Shown: positions 41,943 through 56,169 of the stretch, one piece after another | How positions within the stretch are numbered: the stretch's first letter is position 1 | Layout of the letters: every line of letters starts with the position of its first letter | NCBI GenBank assembly: GCA_951406725.2 | Contig: OX597816.1 | Span: 3,162,001 to 3,226,000 of the forward strand | DNA from: Octopus vulgaris | Lineage: Eukaryota | DNA: 64,000 bases | Direction: 5' to 3' | Notes under the pieces: generated by a model | Database searches by the model: none | What the model saw: the letters and a program-made list of their open reading frames with translations, nothing else | Told to the model about the DNA's origin: nothing | Translations under genes and position numbers: made by a program

Positions 41943-41975
41943 ACTAATACCACCACCACCACCACCACCACCACA

Positions 41976-42007
<32 letters not shown>

Positions 42008-42027
42008 AGCTACTACTACTACTACTG

Positions 42028-42078
<51 letters not shown>

Positions 42079-42141
42079 ATGCTGCTGCTGCTACTGCTGC
42101 TGCTGCTGCTACTGCTGCTGCTGCTGCTACTGCTGCTGTTT

Positions 42142-42174
<33 letters not shown>

Positions 42175-42504
42175 ATAGTACTACTACTACTACTACTACT
42201 ACTACTAGCCTCCATTATCGTTAATTTATTTCAATGATGAATGATGTGGAATTTCTAGGCAGATGTATGGAGGCACATCACTCAGCCCCCCCTCCCCTCG
42301 CCACCGTACCTAACGATGATAAACTCTGAAATTACTCTCTCTCTCTCCCCTCCTCACCCCTGCACCAACCACCGACTCAGCATCACAATACGTTATATAT
42401 CTTCCAGTTAATGTATATAATGCTGGTAATAGCTGGAAGTGTGTGTATGTGTATATATATATATATACATACATATATATATATACATACATATATATAT
42501 ATAC

Positions 42505-42564
<60 letters not shown>

Positions 42565-42592
42565 ATATATATATATATATACATATACATAC

Positions 42593-42696
<104 letters not shown>

Positions 42697-42722
42697 GCAA
42701 GCGTGCGTGTTTGTGTGTGTGT

Positions 42723-42781
<59 letters not shown>

Positions 42782-43398
42782 GGTGAGAGATAGATTGATA
42801 GATAGAGAGGGGAGAGAATCATAAACAGATATGGAGAGAAAGAAAGAAAGAAAGAAAGAAAGAGACGTGAAAGTGAAAGAAGAAGAAAAGAAGGTCGGTA
42901 ATATTCTTGGTGGAAATGGTTTGGTGCGGCTGAGAAGAGAATCAAAGCAAAATAACCAATAAAGACAAACGACAAATATAAAACAAGACAAGAAACAAAG
43001 CCAAACAGACAGACAGACAGACAGACAGAAAAGAGGAGGGGAAGGAGGGGGGGCAAGGATTGTGGCTGCCGAGCATGGTGGGTGGTTAGGTCTATGGACA
43101 AAAGGGTTGTAAAATCGAATTAGTAAAATGAGAGTCACAGATTGGGCGATGTCAGGGAGAATATTTGAGGCACGTGCCGCAACCCGGCAAAAACAAACGA
43201 AGGCAGCAGTGACTGGTTTTGCTGGTCATCTGGTGTTGTGTTTTGCGGACCTGGGAACTGAGGGTTCGAATTCTGAGCACCCCGATATTTCGTGCCGACT
43301 TTTTAAACGTTGCCAACCATTTTGATAAATCTATTTGAAAGGCAAGATGCTGTGTTTTTCGTCTGAGAGAAAATCTCTGACGACATAGGCATGTTGTG

Positions 43399-43785
43399 AG
43401 GCGCAGCAGTGGCTGGGTGGTAAGTAGCTTGCTTACCAACCACACAGTTCTGGGTTCAGTCCCACTGCGTGGCACCTTGAGCGAGTGTCTTCCATTAAAG
43501 CCTCGGGCCAACCAAAGCATTGTGAGTGGACTTGGAAGACGGAAACTGGAAGAAGCCCGTCGTATATACATACATATATATATTCTTTCTTTTTCTTTTA
43601 TTTGTTTCAGTCATTTGACTGCGGCCACGCTGGAGTACCGTTTTTAGTCGAGCAAATCGACCCCAGGACTTATTCTTTGTAAGCCTAGTACTTATTCTAT
43701 CGGTCTCTTTAGCAGTACCGCTAAGTTACTAACACACCACCATCGGTTGTCAAGCGATGCTGGGGAGACAAACAAAAACACACTT

Positions 43786-43847
<62 letters not shown>

Positions 43848-44037
43848 GACGGGCTTCTTTCAGTTTCCATCTACCAAATCCACTCACAAGGCTTTGGCCA
43901 GCCCGAGTCTACAGTAGAATACACTTGCCCAAGGTACCACACAGAGGGACTGAACCCGGAACCATATGGTTGGTAAGCAAGCTACTTACGACACAGCCAC
44001 TCCTTCGCCTATTTAAAAAAGGCTTTCCTATCTGCGT

Positions 44038-44073
<36 letters not shown>

Positions 44074-44272
44074 TGTGTATCTGTGTTTGTTCTGCCACCA
44101 ACACTTGACAACCGATGTTGGTATGTTTACGTCCCCGAAACATAGCGGTTCGGCAAAAGAGATCGATAGAATAAGTACTTGGCTTACGAAGAATAAGTCC
44201 TGGGGTCGATTTGCTTGACTAAAGGCGGTACTCCAGCATGGCCACAGTCAAAGGACTGAAACAAATAAAAGA
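43399..44272. mobile_element. Nest of SINE family A pieces: + head 43399-43562, - copy 43585-43990, + 3' half 44075-44272
   Basis: Family A motifs. The + head and + tail may be one copy split by insertion into its internal TA repeat. Confidence 0.8.
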
Positions 44273-44331
44273 ATATATAACTGCATATCCCCAAAATGTC
44301 TCAAAACATTAGGAATACACCTCGAATGTGT

Positions 44332-44388
<57 letters not shown>

Positions 44389-44394
44389 CCCGGA

Positions 44395-44870
44395 TGTATC
44401 TTCCTAGGTGAATTTCTCCTACGCTCCATATGCGATAAAGTTTCGTGTTAAACTGGGCAAAAACATTGCAGAAACTCATGGAATGTTCCATACAGCTTTT
44501 ACGGATGAACTTATTCGGTGGAAGAGGAGGTTCGTGGGTGGTGGGGAGGGGATGAGAGACGATGAGAGGTGTGGGAGGGAGAGGGATCGTCAGACCATCA
44601 GAGAATTGGTTCAGGAGGTTTGCTATAATCTGGATGAAGACCGTCAATAACAACAATAAGCTGTTTGGTGTTTGAAGAGGTGAACAGGCGGAAAACTGGC
44701 GCAGCGTTTCTTTTCCGGAAGCTCGGTGAGGAATATCCTGGTAACCAGCTGCTTGACAGAGATGGCCATCGAAACTGCCCCTCACACACCCTACATTCCA
44801 GACCTTGTTCCATGTGACTTTTGGGTGTTCGTCAAGTTGAAAGAAAACCTCAGGGCAGCCGTTTTGAAAA
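44395..44870 (+). mobile_element. Deleted mariner relic
   Basis: YAIKFRVKLGKNIAETHGM and PHTPYIPDLVPCDFWVFVKLKENLRGSRFE. Confidence 0.75.
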
Positions 44871-44959
44871 AGGCTGTGACAAGCTAAGTTATGTGAATAT
44901 AAGGAAGCCAACACCGGTTATCAAGCGGGGGTGGGTAACCCCCCCCCCCACACACACAT

Positions 44960-45200
44960 CCAAAGCAACTACAAAGAATACAGAGACTGGTAAGCTTCAA
45001 ACTTATCTTTTAATTTAACAGTTAATTATACGGCATAATTAACTTGTTAAAATTACTGACACGCATTTATGTTGCGTAGAGTATGTGCAGTTTCAGAAAC
45101 ACGTGTCGGTCATTTTAACTAATTATGCTGCACAATTAACTGTTAAATTAAAAGAAAAGTTTCAAGATTGCCAGTTTCTGTATTCTGTGTAATTGCTTGG
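44960..45200. repeat. Foldback with a half-hammerhead (GAAAC ACGT GTC) at the arm start
   Basis: 44960-45068 is inverted relative to 45096-45200. Confidence 0.65.
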
Positions 45201-45504
45201 CATTTATTCTCCTGAAAATATTCATAACCCAGCGAAGCGGACCCGGATTTAGCCACCAGAGGAATTGCAGTGAGATTGCTCACCTTAAGCCATCCTTGGT
45301 GCTTCTTACTACTTGATGTGGTTAGCCGAAACCTGGACTATACCTGAGAGCTCTTACAGTATGTGCAAGGATAATTTATCCCTCCCTATATACCCATCAT
45401 ATATATATGATGCTACATATAACATTTGTAAACAAACTAGAAAAGCTTTGTAAGTTATGGAAAAAGAGCTACTATGGAAAACTCATAGTATAATAATAAC
45501 TACA

Positions 45505-45575
<71 letters not shown>

Positions 45576-45585
45576 GTAATAATAA

Positions 45586-46185
45586 TAGCATTCAGAGAGC
45601 GCAAACCGCAGCACAGACAATACCTATTTCTTTTCTACCCACAAGGGGCTAAACACAGAGGGGACAAACAAAGACAGACAAACGGATTAAGTCGATTATA
45701 TCGACCCTAGTGCGTAACTGGTACTTAATTTATCGATCCCGAAAGGATGAAAGGCAAAGTCGACCTCGGCGGAATTTGAACTCAGAACATAACGGCAGAC
45801 GAAATACGGCTACGCATTTCGCCCGGCACGGTAACAATTCTGCCAGCTCGCCGCCTTCGCAGCACAGACAATACCAACGCCCTTTCAACAATTAACCAGA
45901 GATGATTGTTAAAATGAGAATATCTAAAATAAACTCGACTGCTCTCACTAACGAGAATACCAAAACTGAACACGACCGCCCTTAGAAATTAAGTAAAAAA
46001 AAAAACGGAAAAATAATTCAGAGTCCTTGTCCTGTACCGGATTGATTCCAAAATCTAATCAGTTCGTGCCAGTGACGAGGCCAATCACCCCTGAAAGTTT
46101 CATCCGAATCTATCCAATGGTTCTTGAGAACAAACAAAGAAATAAACACGATTGAAAACTATACTTCCGTTTTTGAAGCGGCAAT
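45586..46185 (+). mobile_element. Helentron-associated (HINE/DINE-like) element interrupted by a SINE
   Basis: Start CAGAGAGCGCAAACC, internal AAAGTTTCATCCGAATC, end ACAAACAAA..GAAAAC.ATAC.TCC plus a terminal hairpin; recognised by motif only. Confidence 0.45.
45625..45857 (-). mobile_element. SINE family B with 18-bp target-site duplication
   Basis: CGCAGCACAGACAATACC at 45607-45624 and 45858-45875. Confidence 0.9.
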
Positions 46186-46650
46186 TATAAAATATAAACA
46201 AATTACCAAAAAATGACTATATATACGTAATGAATATATATGTAAACTGACTAATACTATGTATAATATTTGTAAAGAAACACGGGCGGCTTTGTAAGTT
46301 ACAGAGAGAGAGAGAGAGCTACTATGGAAGTCATGTTAGCGTTGATTTGTGAGTTCGATCCCGGCTAGGGTTAGCTCATCATTTTTCGGTCATTTGTTTT
46401 AAGGTTTAAAATTGTTTATATTTTGAATTACATCTGTATAGTGGCACACCAAAATATTTTAAGTGCTTAGGGCCTGTATGGGTCCTAATCCGGCTCTGAG
46501 TGAAGATTCGGTCCCTGGATCTTTCTGTGACAATATCTCGGATATTTGATGCCCAGCCTCTCGGTTTAATCGATAAATTTAATATCATAAATCCAAAATA
46601 TCACAGACACCCAAATGATGAGTAAGGCCCTGGATTTTACATCTGAAGGC

Positions 46651-46751
46651 AAGGGACTCACTGAGATAAGGGACTCACCGGGATAAGGGACTCACCGAGA
46701 TAAGGGAATTACTGTGATAAGGGACTCACTGAGACAAGGGACCCACTGAGT
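46651..46751. repeat. 17-bp minisatellite x6 (AAGGGACTCACTGAGAT)
   Basis: Directly visible. Confidence 0.9.
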
Positions 46752-47462
46752 AAACAAAGGCTGAAATAAATAACTAAATAAATAAAGATAAATAGACAAA
46801 TAAAAAACAAGAAAAAGTAGAGAAAAACAAACACATACTCAAAGACTACATATAAACGAACTCAATACATGATGCACATTCACACACACATATATATAAA
46901 ACGGGCTTCTTTCAGTTTCCATCTGCCAAATCCATTCACAAGGCTTTGGTCGGACCGTGGCTATAGTAAAAGACACTTGCCCATGGTGCCACGCAGTGGG
47001 ACTGAACACGGAACTATGTGTTGGGAATCGAGCTTCTTACCACACAGACATGCTTGCCCCTATGCACACAGAGCCCCACCTATGATTTTTGAAGTTATCT
47101 TCTACGTTTGTCCAGGGGCCATGAGAAGTTCTCCCCCAGCAGAGATGTGTGGAGGACAAGAAATTAAGGATCTCAAGGAGAAACAAGACCTTTGACTAAC
47201 AAAGCTGCAGAGTTGAATGTTTGCAGATTAACCTGTGTTTAAACTCTCTATTATATCAGCTTCAAGCTGGATTAAGGTGGCCGGATTAAGGTGGCCGCAT
47301 TTGCTGTTGCAACTTGAAAAGAAAAAAAGAAAAATACAGAAATTGAATCGTTTAAGAACTAACAGTGTAAATTAAAAAAAAAAGAATAAAAAAAAAAAGA
47401 AATAAGTCTTTATAGGCTTCCGAATCACAGGGTTCAATTCCACTTAAAGAAGTGTCTTCTGC

Positions 47463-47594
47463 TACATACATACATACATACATACATACATACATACATA
47501 CATACATACATACATACATACATACATACATACATACATACATACATACATACATACATACATACATACATACATACATACGCACATACATACA

Positions 47595-47628
<34 letters not shown>

Positions 47629-47662
47629 CATACATACATACATATATACATACATACATACA

Positions 47663-47696
<34 letters not shown>

Positions 47697-48105
47697 CATA
47701 CATACATACATACATACATACGCACATACATACATACATATATACATACATACATACATACATACATACATACATACATACATACATACATACATACATA
47801 CATACATACATACATACATACATACATACATACATACATACATACATACATACATACATACATACATACATACATACACACACACATACATAAATACATA
47901 CATACATACATACATACATACATACATACATACATACATACATACATACATACATACATACATACATACATACATACATACATACATACATACATACATA
48001 CATACATACATACATACATACATACATGCATGCATGCATGCATACATACATACATACATACATACATACATTCATTCATACATACATACATAAATATATA
48101 CATAC
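47463..48105. repeat. (TACA)n array
   Basis: Directly visible. Confidence 0.95.
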
Positions 48106-48345
48106 ACACACACACACACACACACACGTATATGTTTGTGTATTTGTGTTTGTCCCCCCCCACCATCGCTTGACATTCGATGCTGGTGTGTTTACGTCCC
48201 CGTAACTTAGCGTTTCGGCAAAAGAGACTGATAGAATAAGTACTAGGATTACGAAGAATAAGTGCTGGGGTCCATTTGTTCCACTGAAGGCGGAGCTCCA
48301 GCATGGTCGCAGTCAAATAACTGAAACAATTAAAAGAACTAAAGA

Positions 48346-48376
<31 letters not shown>

Positions 48377-48560
48377 TGTATGTATGTATGTATGTATGTA
48401 TGTATGTATGTATGTGTGTATGTATATACATACATACATACATACACACACACACCCACACACGCACACACACACACACATATATATATATTAAAGTTAC
48501 GTTGTTTATTTGTTTTGTAAGACTCCTGATGTGAAATCTTGTGTTGAAGCAGATATTGTT

Positions 48561-48790
48561 CTATTTCGGGACGGTCATCTTTTTGCCAATTAAACACACG
48601 CACTGTATATTCCTTCTTCACTTCATTATTATTATTCCTCTTATTTTAGTGTCCTTTGTCCAGAAATGTTTGTCACACATCTTCTGACATCTTCATCGTC
48701 TCTCCATCCCATGTGTCACACCCTGTTCTGTTTACTCCATTCTGTCTTCTATTATGTGTATCCTTAACCGCGCAAGTGTTTGTGTTTGTA

Positions 48791-48835
<45 letters not shown>

Positions 48836-48958
48836 ACACGTTCGTGTCTATGTGTTGTTAAGAAAGGACATTAAAATAAGAGCAATTATAAAGCTGAAGT
48901 GAAGTGCGAATAGACACTACGTGTTTTTATTTGGCAAAAAAATGACCGTCCCAAAATA
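48561..48958. repeat. Inverted-repeat element with ~100-bp arms; related arm at 57850-58060
   Basis: TATTTCGGGACGGTCAT..GCCAA.TAAA at 48561 versus TTTATTTGGC..ATGACCGTCCCAAAATA at 48925-48958. Confidence 0.65.
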
Positions 48959-49325
48959 TATAACAATGCATGTATTAATGTTTCTTCTATGATAAGTTAT
49001 AATAAAAGCAATTTTTCAATAAACTGAGGACTTTCTGAGACAGTGACTTCGGAGTTTCAGCCTGCTAAGCCGTCATCGGATATTTACTTATATTGTGATA
49101 TGTATTATAGCGTCACACTGTATGCATGTACATATATATGTGTGTGCGTGTGTACATGAGTGTATATGTGTGTATGTGTGTGTATGTGTGCGTGTGTGTA
49201 TGTGTGTATGTGCAAATGCACACACACATACACACACTAACCATTCAAAAGTTTAGTGTAATGATGGTGAAGTTTAGTTATCCCAGCATTATTTTCTATT
49301 TCGATAATTTTCGACTCTAAGACAA

Positions 49326-49326
49326 T

Positions 49327-49403
<77 letters not shown>

Positions 49404-49411
49404 TAATAATG

Positions 49412-49451
<40 letters not shown>

Positions 49452-49976
49452 TAAAAATAATAATGATAATGATGATAATAATAATAATGACAATAATGAT
49501 AATAATAATAATAAAAGTAAAAATAATAAAAATAATAATGATAATGATGATAATAAAAATAAAAATAATAAAAATAATAATGATAATGATGATAATAATA
49601 ATAATGATAATAATATAATAATAATAATAGTAAATAATAATGATAATAATAATAACAATAATAATAATAATAATAATAATGATAATAATAACAATGATAA
49701 TGATAATAATAATAATAAAAGTAAAAATAATAAAAATAATAATGATAATGATGATAATAAAAATAAAAATAATAAAAATAATAATGATAATGATGATAAT
49801 AATAATAATGATAATAATATAATAATAATAATAGTAAGTAATAATGATAATAATAATAACAATAATAATAATAATAATAATAATGATAATAATAACAATG
49901 ATAATGATAATAATAATAATGATAATGAAAAAAAATAATAATGATAATGATGATATTAAAAATAATGACAATAATG

Positions 49977-50011
<35 letters not shown>

Positions 50012-50156
50012 TGATTGATTGATTCTAGTTTCAGCTTATGAGCTGTGGCCATGCTGGGGCACCGCCAAAAATAATAATGATAATAATGATAATAAAAATA
50101 AAAATAATAAAAATAATAATGATAATAATATAATAATAATAATGATAGTAATAATT

Positions 50157-50196
<40 letters not shown>

Positions 50197-50266
50197 TAAT
50201 AATAATAATGATAATGAGAAAAAAATAATATTGATAATGATGATGATAATAATAATGACAATAATG

Positions 50267-50302
<36 letters not shown>

Positions 50303-50438
50303 GTAGTAGTAATAATAACAATAGTAATAATAATAATGATAGTAATAATAATAATAGTAATAGTAGTAGTAATAATAATAATAATAATAGTAATAATAAT
50401 AATGACAGTAATAATAATAAATAATAATAATAGTAGTA

Positions 50439-50470
<32 letters not shown>
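49326..50470. repeat. Degenerate (ATA)n array with a ~204-bp higher-order duplication and a CR1-type tail insertion at 50010-50068
   Basis: Marker AAAAGTAAAA at 49513 and 49717, followed by the same variant series. Confidence 0.85.
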
Positions 50471-50472
<2 letters not shown>

Positions 50473-51200
50473 ATGGTATAAATCTTATATTTCTAGCTGG
50501 GAAATTGTTGCTCTTTTTCTTCTCTTCTTTTGGCGATGACATTCTCAGATATCGGTGACATCCATTGAGGTGTTTTGTTGTTTTAAGACTACATATAATA
50601 TGTACGGTGTTGTTCGTGTTGTTGATGTCGTGTGTTGTTTTGGCCATCCCCATTCTATTGTCGTAGCAGACGAGATCACATCCACCGCCGCCGTCGCCAC
50701 CACCGTCGGCGCCGCCACCTCCGCTGCCAACAACATCACCGCCCTCCGCTAACATCCCCGCTTGCTGCTAATGTTACTGTTAATACCGCTGCCAATTTAA
50801 GTTGCAAGTCAATGTGCACACAGCATGCTGTTTGCAGCACGCTGCGCCTGTGCACGTTGCATTTCTTTACCTTTTAAAAGAAAGCGAAAAGAAAAACGAA
50901 AAAAAACAAAAAAAAAGGTAGCAAGCAGCAAGCTACGAACCATTGGCAGAAAAAGGGGGGAGTGGAGAAAAGGGGCGAGATAGTGGGGTGGGGTGGGGGG
51001 CAAGAAGAGGAAGAAGAAGAAGAGCAGAGAGAGAGAGAGTGAGAAGGTGAGGAAGGTTGAGAGAAGGAGAAAGAGAGAGGGTGAGAGAGAGAGAGAGAGA
51101 GAGAGAAAGGTAAAAATATAAAGAGTGTTTGTGTGCATATATGTATATACATATGTGTGTATATGTTTGTATATACGCGTATGTATCTATATATGCATGC

Positions 51201-51244
<44 letters not shown>

Positions 51245-51363
51245 GTATATATATGTATATATATATGTGTGTGTGTGTGTGTATACACACATATATATAC
51301 ATACATATATGTATGTATATATATGTATATATATTATATATATCTATATGCATACATACATAC

Positions 51364-51460
<97 letters not shown>

Positions 51461-51466
51461 TAGATG

Positions 51467-51521
<55 letters not shown>

Positions 51522-51524
51522 GCA

Positions 51525-51604
51525 CAGCCTTGGCCAAAAGTATTAACGCTGAGATAGCAGAACTCCAAAACATTTGGGTGGCCTAATACTTTTGTCCAAG
51601 GCTG
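51525..51604. mobile_element. 80-bp Tc1-type MITE
   Basis: 21-bp TIRs CAGCCTTGG(C/A)CAAAAGTATTA; TA on the right flank. Confidence 0.8.
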
Positions 51605-51639
51605 TATATTATAGATAGGAATCTATAAAACTATAGATA

Positions 51640-52410
51640 GGAAAGCCAAAACCTGTAATTGTAGGGGCCCTGAATCGTGTCCGCTCGCTGGTTCCTGTTT
51701 ACGTTAAAACGTAATCTATAAATGCCGTGTGGCAAACGACAAACATCAGGCTACAGTATACACAGGAAGCACTATAGACTTTAGAAGACAACATGGAACG
51801 TATTGAAATTCTTTCATTAAATCTCTCTATATATAAAGCTGAAGTTGTCTGTGTGTGTATGGCAGGTTTCGTAGCCTTCAACTAACCCTATCTCCTCCAA
51901 GACCCTGCGGCACAAGTTGACCAAAATTGAGAGTATGATAGACGAAGGCTTGCTTTTTCCTTCCATAGAAGATAAAATTCAAATTGGACCATGTTAAGAC
52001 CAAAAATTATTTACATCAAAAAGGTGCTTTTTTTCTATGAAAATCCCTATTTTTTAACGATTCTTTGACTGCTGTGTCGTCATATTTCGGTGTATTTCAA
52101 CTTGGAAAATGTTCACTTAAAGAGAATAACAAGCTACATAAATTTCAAAAATTCCAATTCTAAAGGGTCAAAACAAACCCGAGCAACGCCGGGCGATACT
52201 GCTAGTTAAATTATATAAACTCGACGGCGCTACCTAGATATACAGACGACTTAAAAGTACAGAATATTAATTACCCATTATCTTGGTCTATTATTCAATA
52301 CGATGACGGGCAAGTGTAGAAAGTGCATTAAAGAATCATACATTATCCTTTACATATTTAATTCGACTGTTTTAAATAAGTTTTCTTATTCATTCGTGCA
52401 ACCATAAATT
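51640..52410 (+). pseudogene. Penelope-like (Neptune-type) GIY-YIG endonuclease relic, split by a Helitron
   Basis: TCNCRGPESCPLAGSCLR*NVIYKCRV..VYTGSTIDFRRQ..NSF before the Helitron; NSTALPRY..LKVQNINYPLSWSII..KCRKCIKESYII..VLNK..LIHSCNHK after it. Confidence 0.8.
51822..52205 (+). mobile_element. Non-autonomous Helitron
   Basis: A|TCTCTCTATATATAAAG..CCCGAGCAACGCCGGGCGATACTGCTAG|T; same 3' end as 38251. Confidence 0.88.
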
Positions 52411-52688
52411 CTACTCAACTTTCAGGAGATGTTCTAAATCCGAATCCACTCAACATTAACCCTACTCATTTCTGTTGCACAACTGAACACCCTACTGCCT
52501 TATAACAATATATCGTCAATACAAATATAAATTTTAAGGAAAGACAGTGAGCAATCTAATTTTACTCCCATCAGCTCTCATAAACACTGCCATTATTTAC
52601 ATAGCTATGTCCGCTCTTCTGAAAAAGCGTCCACTTATCTCATATCTTGGTAAAAAAACTGAACGCATATCTAGCGTAAATATCATTT

Positions 52689-52776
52689 TTCTTTGATGAA
52701 GGAGACATTCTCTGAAAATGAATCTTAAGGGTCATTTGTTATTTGGACGAATGAATCCCAGAAACGATCGCTGGAA
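52689..52776 (+). ncRNA. Degenerate hammerhead in the pLTR downstream of the GIY-YIG relic
   Basis: TTCT TTGATGA AGGA..TCCCA GAAAC GATC GCT GGAA (cleavage triplet mutated). Confidence 0.5.
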
Positions 52777-53102
52777 TACTTTATCTTCTTCTAACATGTA
52801 AACCCAAACTCTATTTAATGCCTATTATTTTCTCTATACCACAATTTAATTTTGAAAAAAAACCCCGTTTTTATCTATATTCTATTATTATTGTGTTTAT
52901 ATATCCATATATTTATATGTCCATGTGTATATTTTTAGAATTCATATTTTTATATCTCTAATATATCAATATATGCTTCAGCTTCGACAATTCTTATTTT
53001 TATCTTAATTAAATATATATATATATATATATATATATTGATAAAATGGTAAGACAACAAAAGAAAGAAAGAGACCTCGATATTATGTAAATAGAGGAAT
53101 TG

Positions 53103-53229
53103 ATCTGTAAATGTAATATGTGACAATTGTTCAATAGCCATGATAAAACTCCGAGTTTCGGATGCCGAGGGGAAAATCTACGCTGCCATCTCATGGCTAC
53201 CGAATAATTGTCTCATATTACATTTACAG

Positions 53230-53231
<2 letters not shown>
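53103..53231. repeat. ~130-bp MITE-like palindrome with ~40-bp arms
   Basis: ATCTGTAAATGTAATATGTGACAATT..GCCATGA / TCATGGC..AATTGTCTCATATTACATTTACAGAT. Confidence 0.75.
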
Positions 53232-53261
<30 letters not shown>

Positions 53262-53605
53262 AGAAGGTTGAAAAGGAACACACGAGTTGATATGTATAAG
53301 GAAAAAAGTTAAGATAGAAAATGCTAAAATAATTTTATCATGAAGAACATTTTAGTACCGGTTTCAGTCATTGAGACTTTTTCAACTGTATGCATGGAAA
53401 ACAATGAAATTTTGTAAAAATTAAATGAAAATTTTTAAAAAGAATATTTGCATACATTCAAATACAATGGACACGTGTGTGTGTGTGTTTGTTTTTATAC
53501 TGACTAAATACACTATTGATATTCGTTTATGCCCCATGACTTAGCGGGCTGTCAAAAATTCAATAAAATAAGTACCTGGCTTACTATTATCACCTAAGAA
53601 AGTCC

Positions 53606-53806
53606 GCGAGCTGGCAGAATCGTCGGATAAAATGCTTAGCGGCATTTCGTCCGTCTTTATCTTCTGCGCCCAAATTCTGCCGAGGTCGATTTTATCTTTC
53701 ATTCTTTCTGGGTCGAAAAAATAAGTACCAGTTAAACACTGGGGTCGATGTAATCGACTTACTTTTCTCTCTCCCGAAATTGCTGGCCTTGTGCCAAAAA
53801 TTGAAA
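53606..53806 (+). mobile_element. SINE family B (tail type 2)
   Basis: GCGAGCTGGCAGAATCG..GCTGGCCTTGTGCCAAAA. Confidence 0.8.
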
Positions 53807-54068
53807 TCAATTAATATGACCAAAACCCCATTAAGGTGCGAAATTTTACTGAAGTGCGATTGGTCAGACTGTGTCTGTAGAAGAGGGAACACTTGTTCAA
53901 GGGGTCAACCGGTGAAAAGGAATACCGAAACTACAAGGTAGGGGACATACTGGAATACATGCATGCGTGCATCCACACACACACACACACACACAAACAC
54001 AAGCACACACACAAAAACATGTATGTAACTATATAGGTACACATATTCAGAGAACGAATGAAGAGGAC

Positions 54069-54099
<31 letters not shown>

Positions 54100-54137
54100 A
54101 TGAGAGGGAGAGGAAGATAGATAGATAAATATAGCTA

Positions 54138-54302
54138 GGCGCAGGAGTGGCTGTGTGGTAAGTAGCTTGCTAACCAGCCACATGGTTCCGGGTTCAGTCC
54201 CACTGGGTGGCATCTTGGGCAAGTGTCTTTTGCTATCGCCCAGGGCCGACCAATGCCTTGTGAGTGGATTTGGTAGACGGAAACTGAAAGAAGCCCGTCG
54301 TA

Positions 54303-54363
<61 letters not shown>

Positions 54364-54572
54364 TTGTGTGTCTGTGTTTGTCCCCCTAGCATTGCTTGAC
54401 AACCGATGCTGGTGTGTTTATGTCCCCGTTACTTAGCGGTTCGGCAATAGAGACCGATAGAATAAGTACTGGGCTTACAAAGAATAAGTCCCGGGGTTGA
54501 TTTGCTCAACTAAAGGCGGTGCTCCAGCATGGCCTCAGTCAAATGACTGAAACAAGTAAAAGAGTAAAAGAG
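54138..54572 (+). mobile_element. SINE family A, full length
   Basis: GGCGCAGGAGTGGCTGTGTGG..GACTGAAACAAGTAAAAGAG. Confidence 0.88.
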
Positions 54573-54581
54573 AGAAAGAGT

Positions 54582-54694
<113 letters not shown>

Positions 54695-54966
54695 ACTGGA
54701 AGCTGAGGACGAGTAATGCTGGGGCGGTTGTTAAAGGGAGGTAACAGCTGTTTTCTATTTTAAAGACGTTATGTGCATGTCGCTTTTCCCACAAAAGGGG
54801 CCGGCAAAATGTCTGTCAAATGTTGTTTGGTCATGTGATCTCCGACTGAACGATTGCAACGTTTTACCTCTCAGCCATCCATCAGTAACATAACCACTCC
54901 GACACATATCGGCATACATAGACTAGACACACACACATACATCTATACACGTGCATGTGTGTATGT

Positions 54967-55009
<43 letters not shown>

Positions 55010-55138
55010 TACACATATGACAAATGAAAGACGGAAGATGGAATATACGAGAATTTATTAATCACGACAATTGTTTCGCCACACGTGACCGTGCTTTAGC
55101 AGTAAGCTACCAGGTGTTAACCATTCGTTTTATTATCC

Positions 55139-55169
<31 letters not shown>

Positions 55170-55602
55170 TTAATAAGGGTGAGAGAATTAGATACTAATT
55201 TAATAGTATATTTATTCAACACCAAGTGGCCTAGTCAAAAGGTTTCAACCACGAAAATACATGTTTCCCATGAAAGTCAGTACGATTGTTAGCTCACACG
55301 GACAGGGCAAATAAAAAATAACAAAAATATATATATATATATATATATATACTTATATATATATATATGAAACACTCCTGTCACAACCTGGGACCTTGAA
55401 GACTGCTTAAATGCAAGAAAGTATACTAGTCCCTTAATATTTGATATTCAATATTTCATCTATTCAATAAGACAATCAATACTTCATTTCATTTTACTAT
55501 ATATATATTATTTATACTATATATTCTATATCCTACATTAATATTATAAAGAATATAAATAAAACATAAAAAACAGAGTTGGAATTTCTTTGAATAAAAT
55601 AA

Positions 55603-55643
<41 letters not shown>

Positions 55644-55704
55644 TACTATACTTGCTCCACGTCCTCGAGTTGTTGTTTTCTCTTTGTGTTTTCATGTTTG
55701 GATC

Positions 55705-55744
<40 letters not shown>

Positions 55745-55751
55745 GTATATG

Positions 55752-55914
<163 letters not shown>

Positions 55915-55920
55915 AGTGAA

Positions 55921-56010
55921 GGTGCATAGCTCAGTGGTCAAAGCGTCAGGCTTACAATCATGTGCTTGTGAGTTCGATTCCCGGACTGGGCTGTGTGATG
56001 TGCTCTTGAG
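55921..56010 (+). mobile_element. tRNA-like SINE head
   Basis: TAGCTCAGTGG (A box) and GAGTTCGATTCCC (B box); related to the head of the minus-strand SINE ending near 60817. Confidence 0.55.
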
Positions 56011-56169
56011 TTAAAATCCCAGGTAATTCCAGGCTTTTAACTAAGGACCTGTACCTTCTAGCTGAAGTACCGACCAAAATCTTTATCCTCTGAAAAAAAG
56101 ATAACCTGTGAACATTACTCTTCCGCCTGTATTCAAGCTTTACTCTTTATTCTTCTATTTTATTCCTTA

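Noticed and set aside
55060-55085. GAAAC AATT GTC half-hammerhead (-), with similar halves at 11760, 13460, 23685 and 55258
   Set aside because: The CUGANGA half is missing or too decayed to call; probably truncated pLTR relics.
55921-56010. tRNA gene
   Set aside because: A and B boxes are present, but there is no acceptor stem or poly-T terminator; it is a SINE head.
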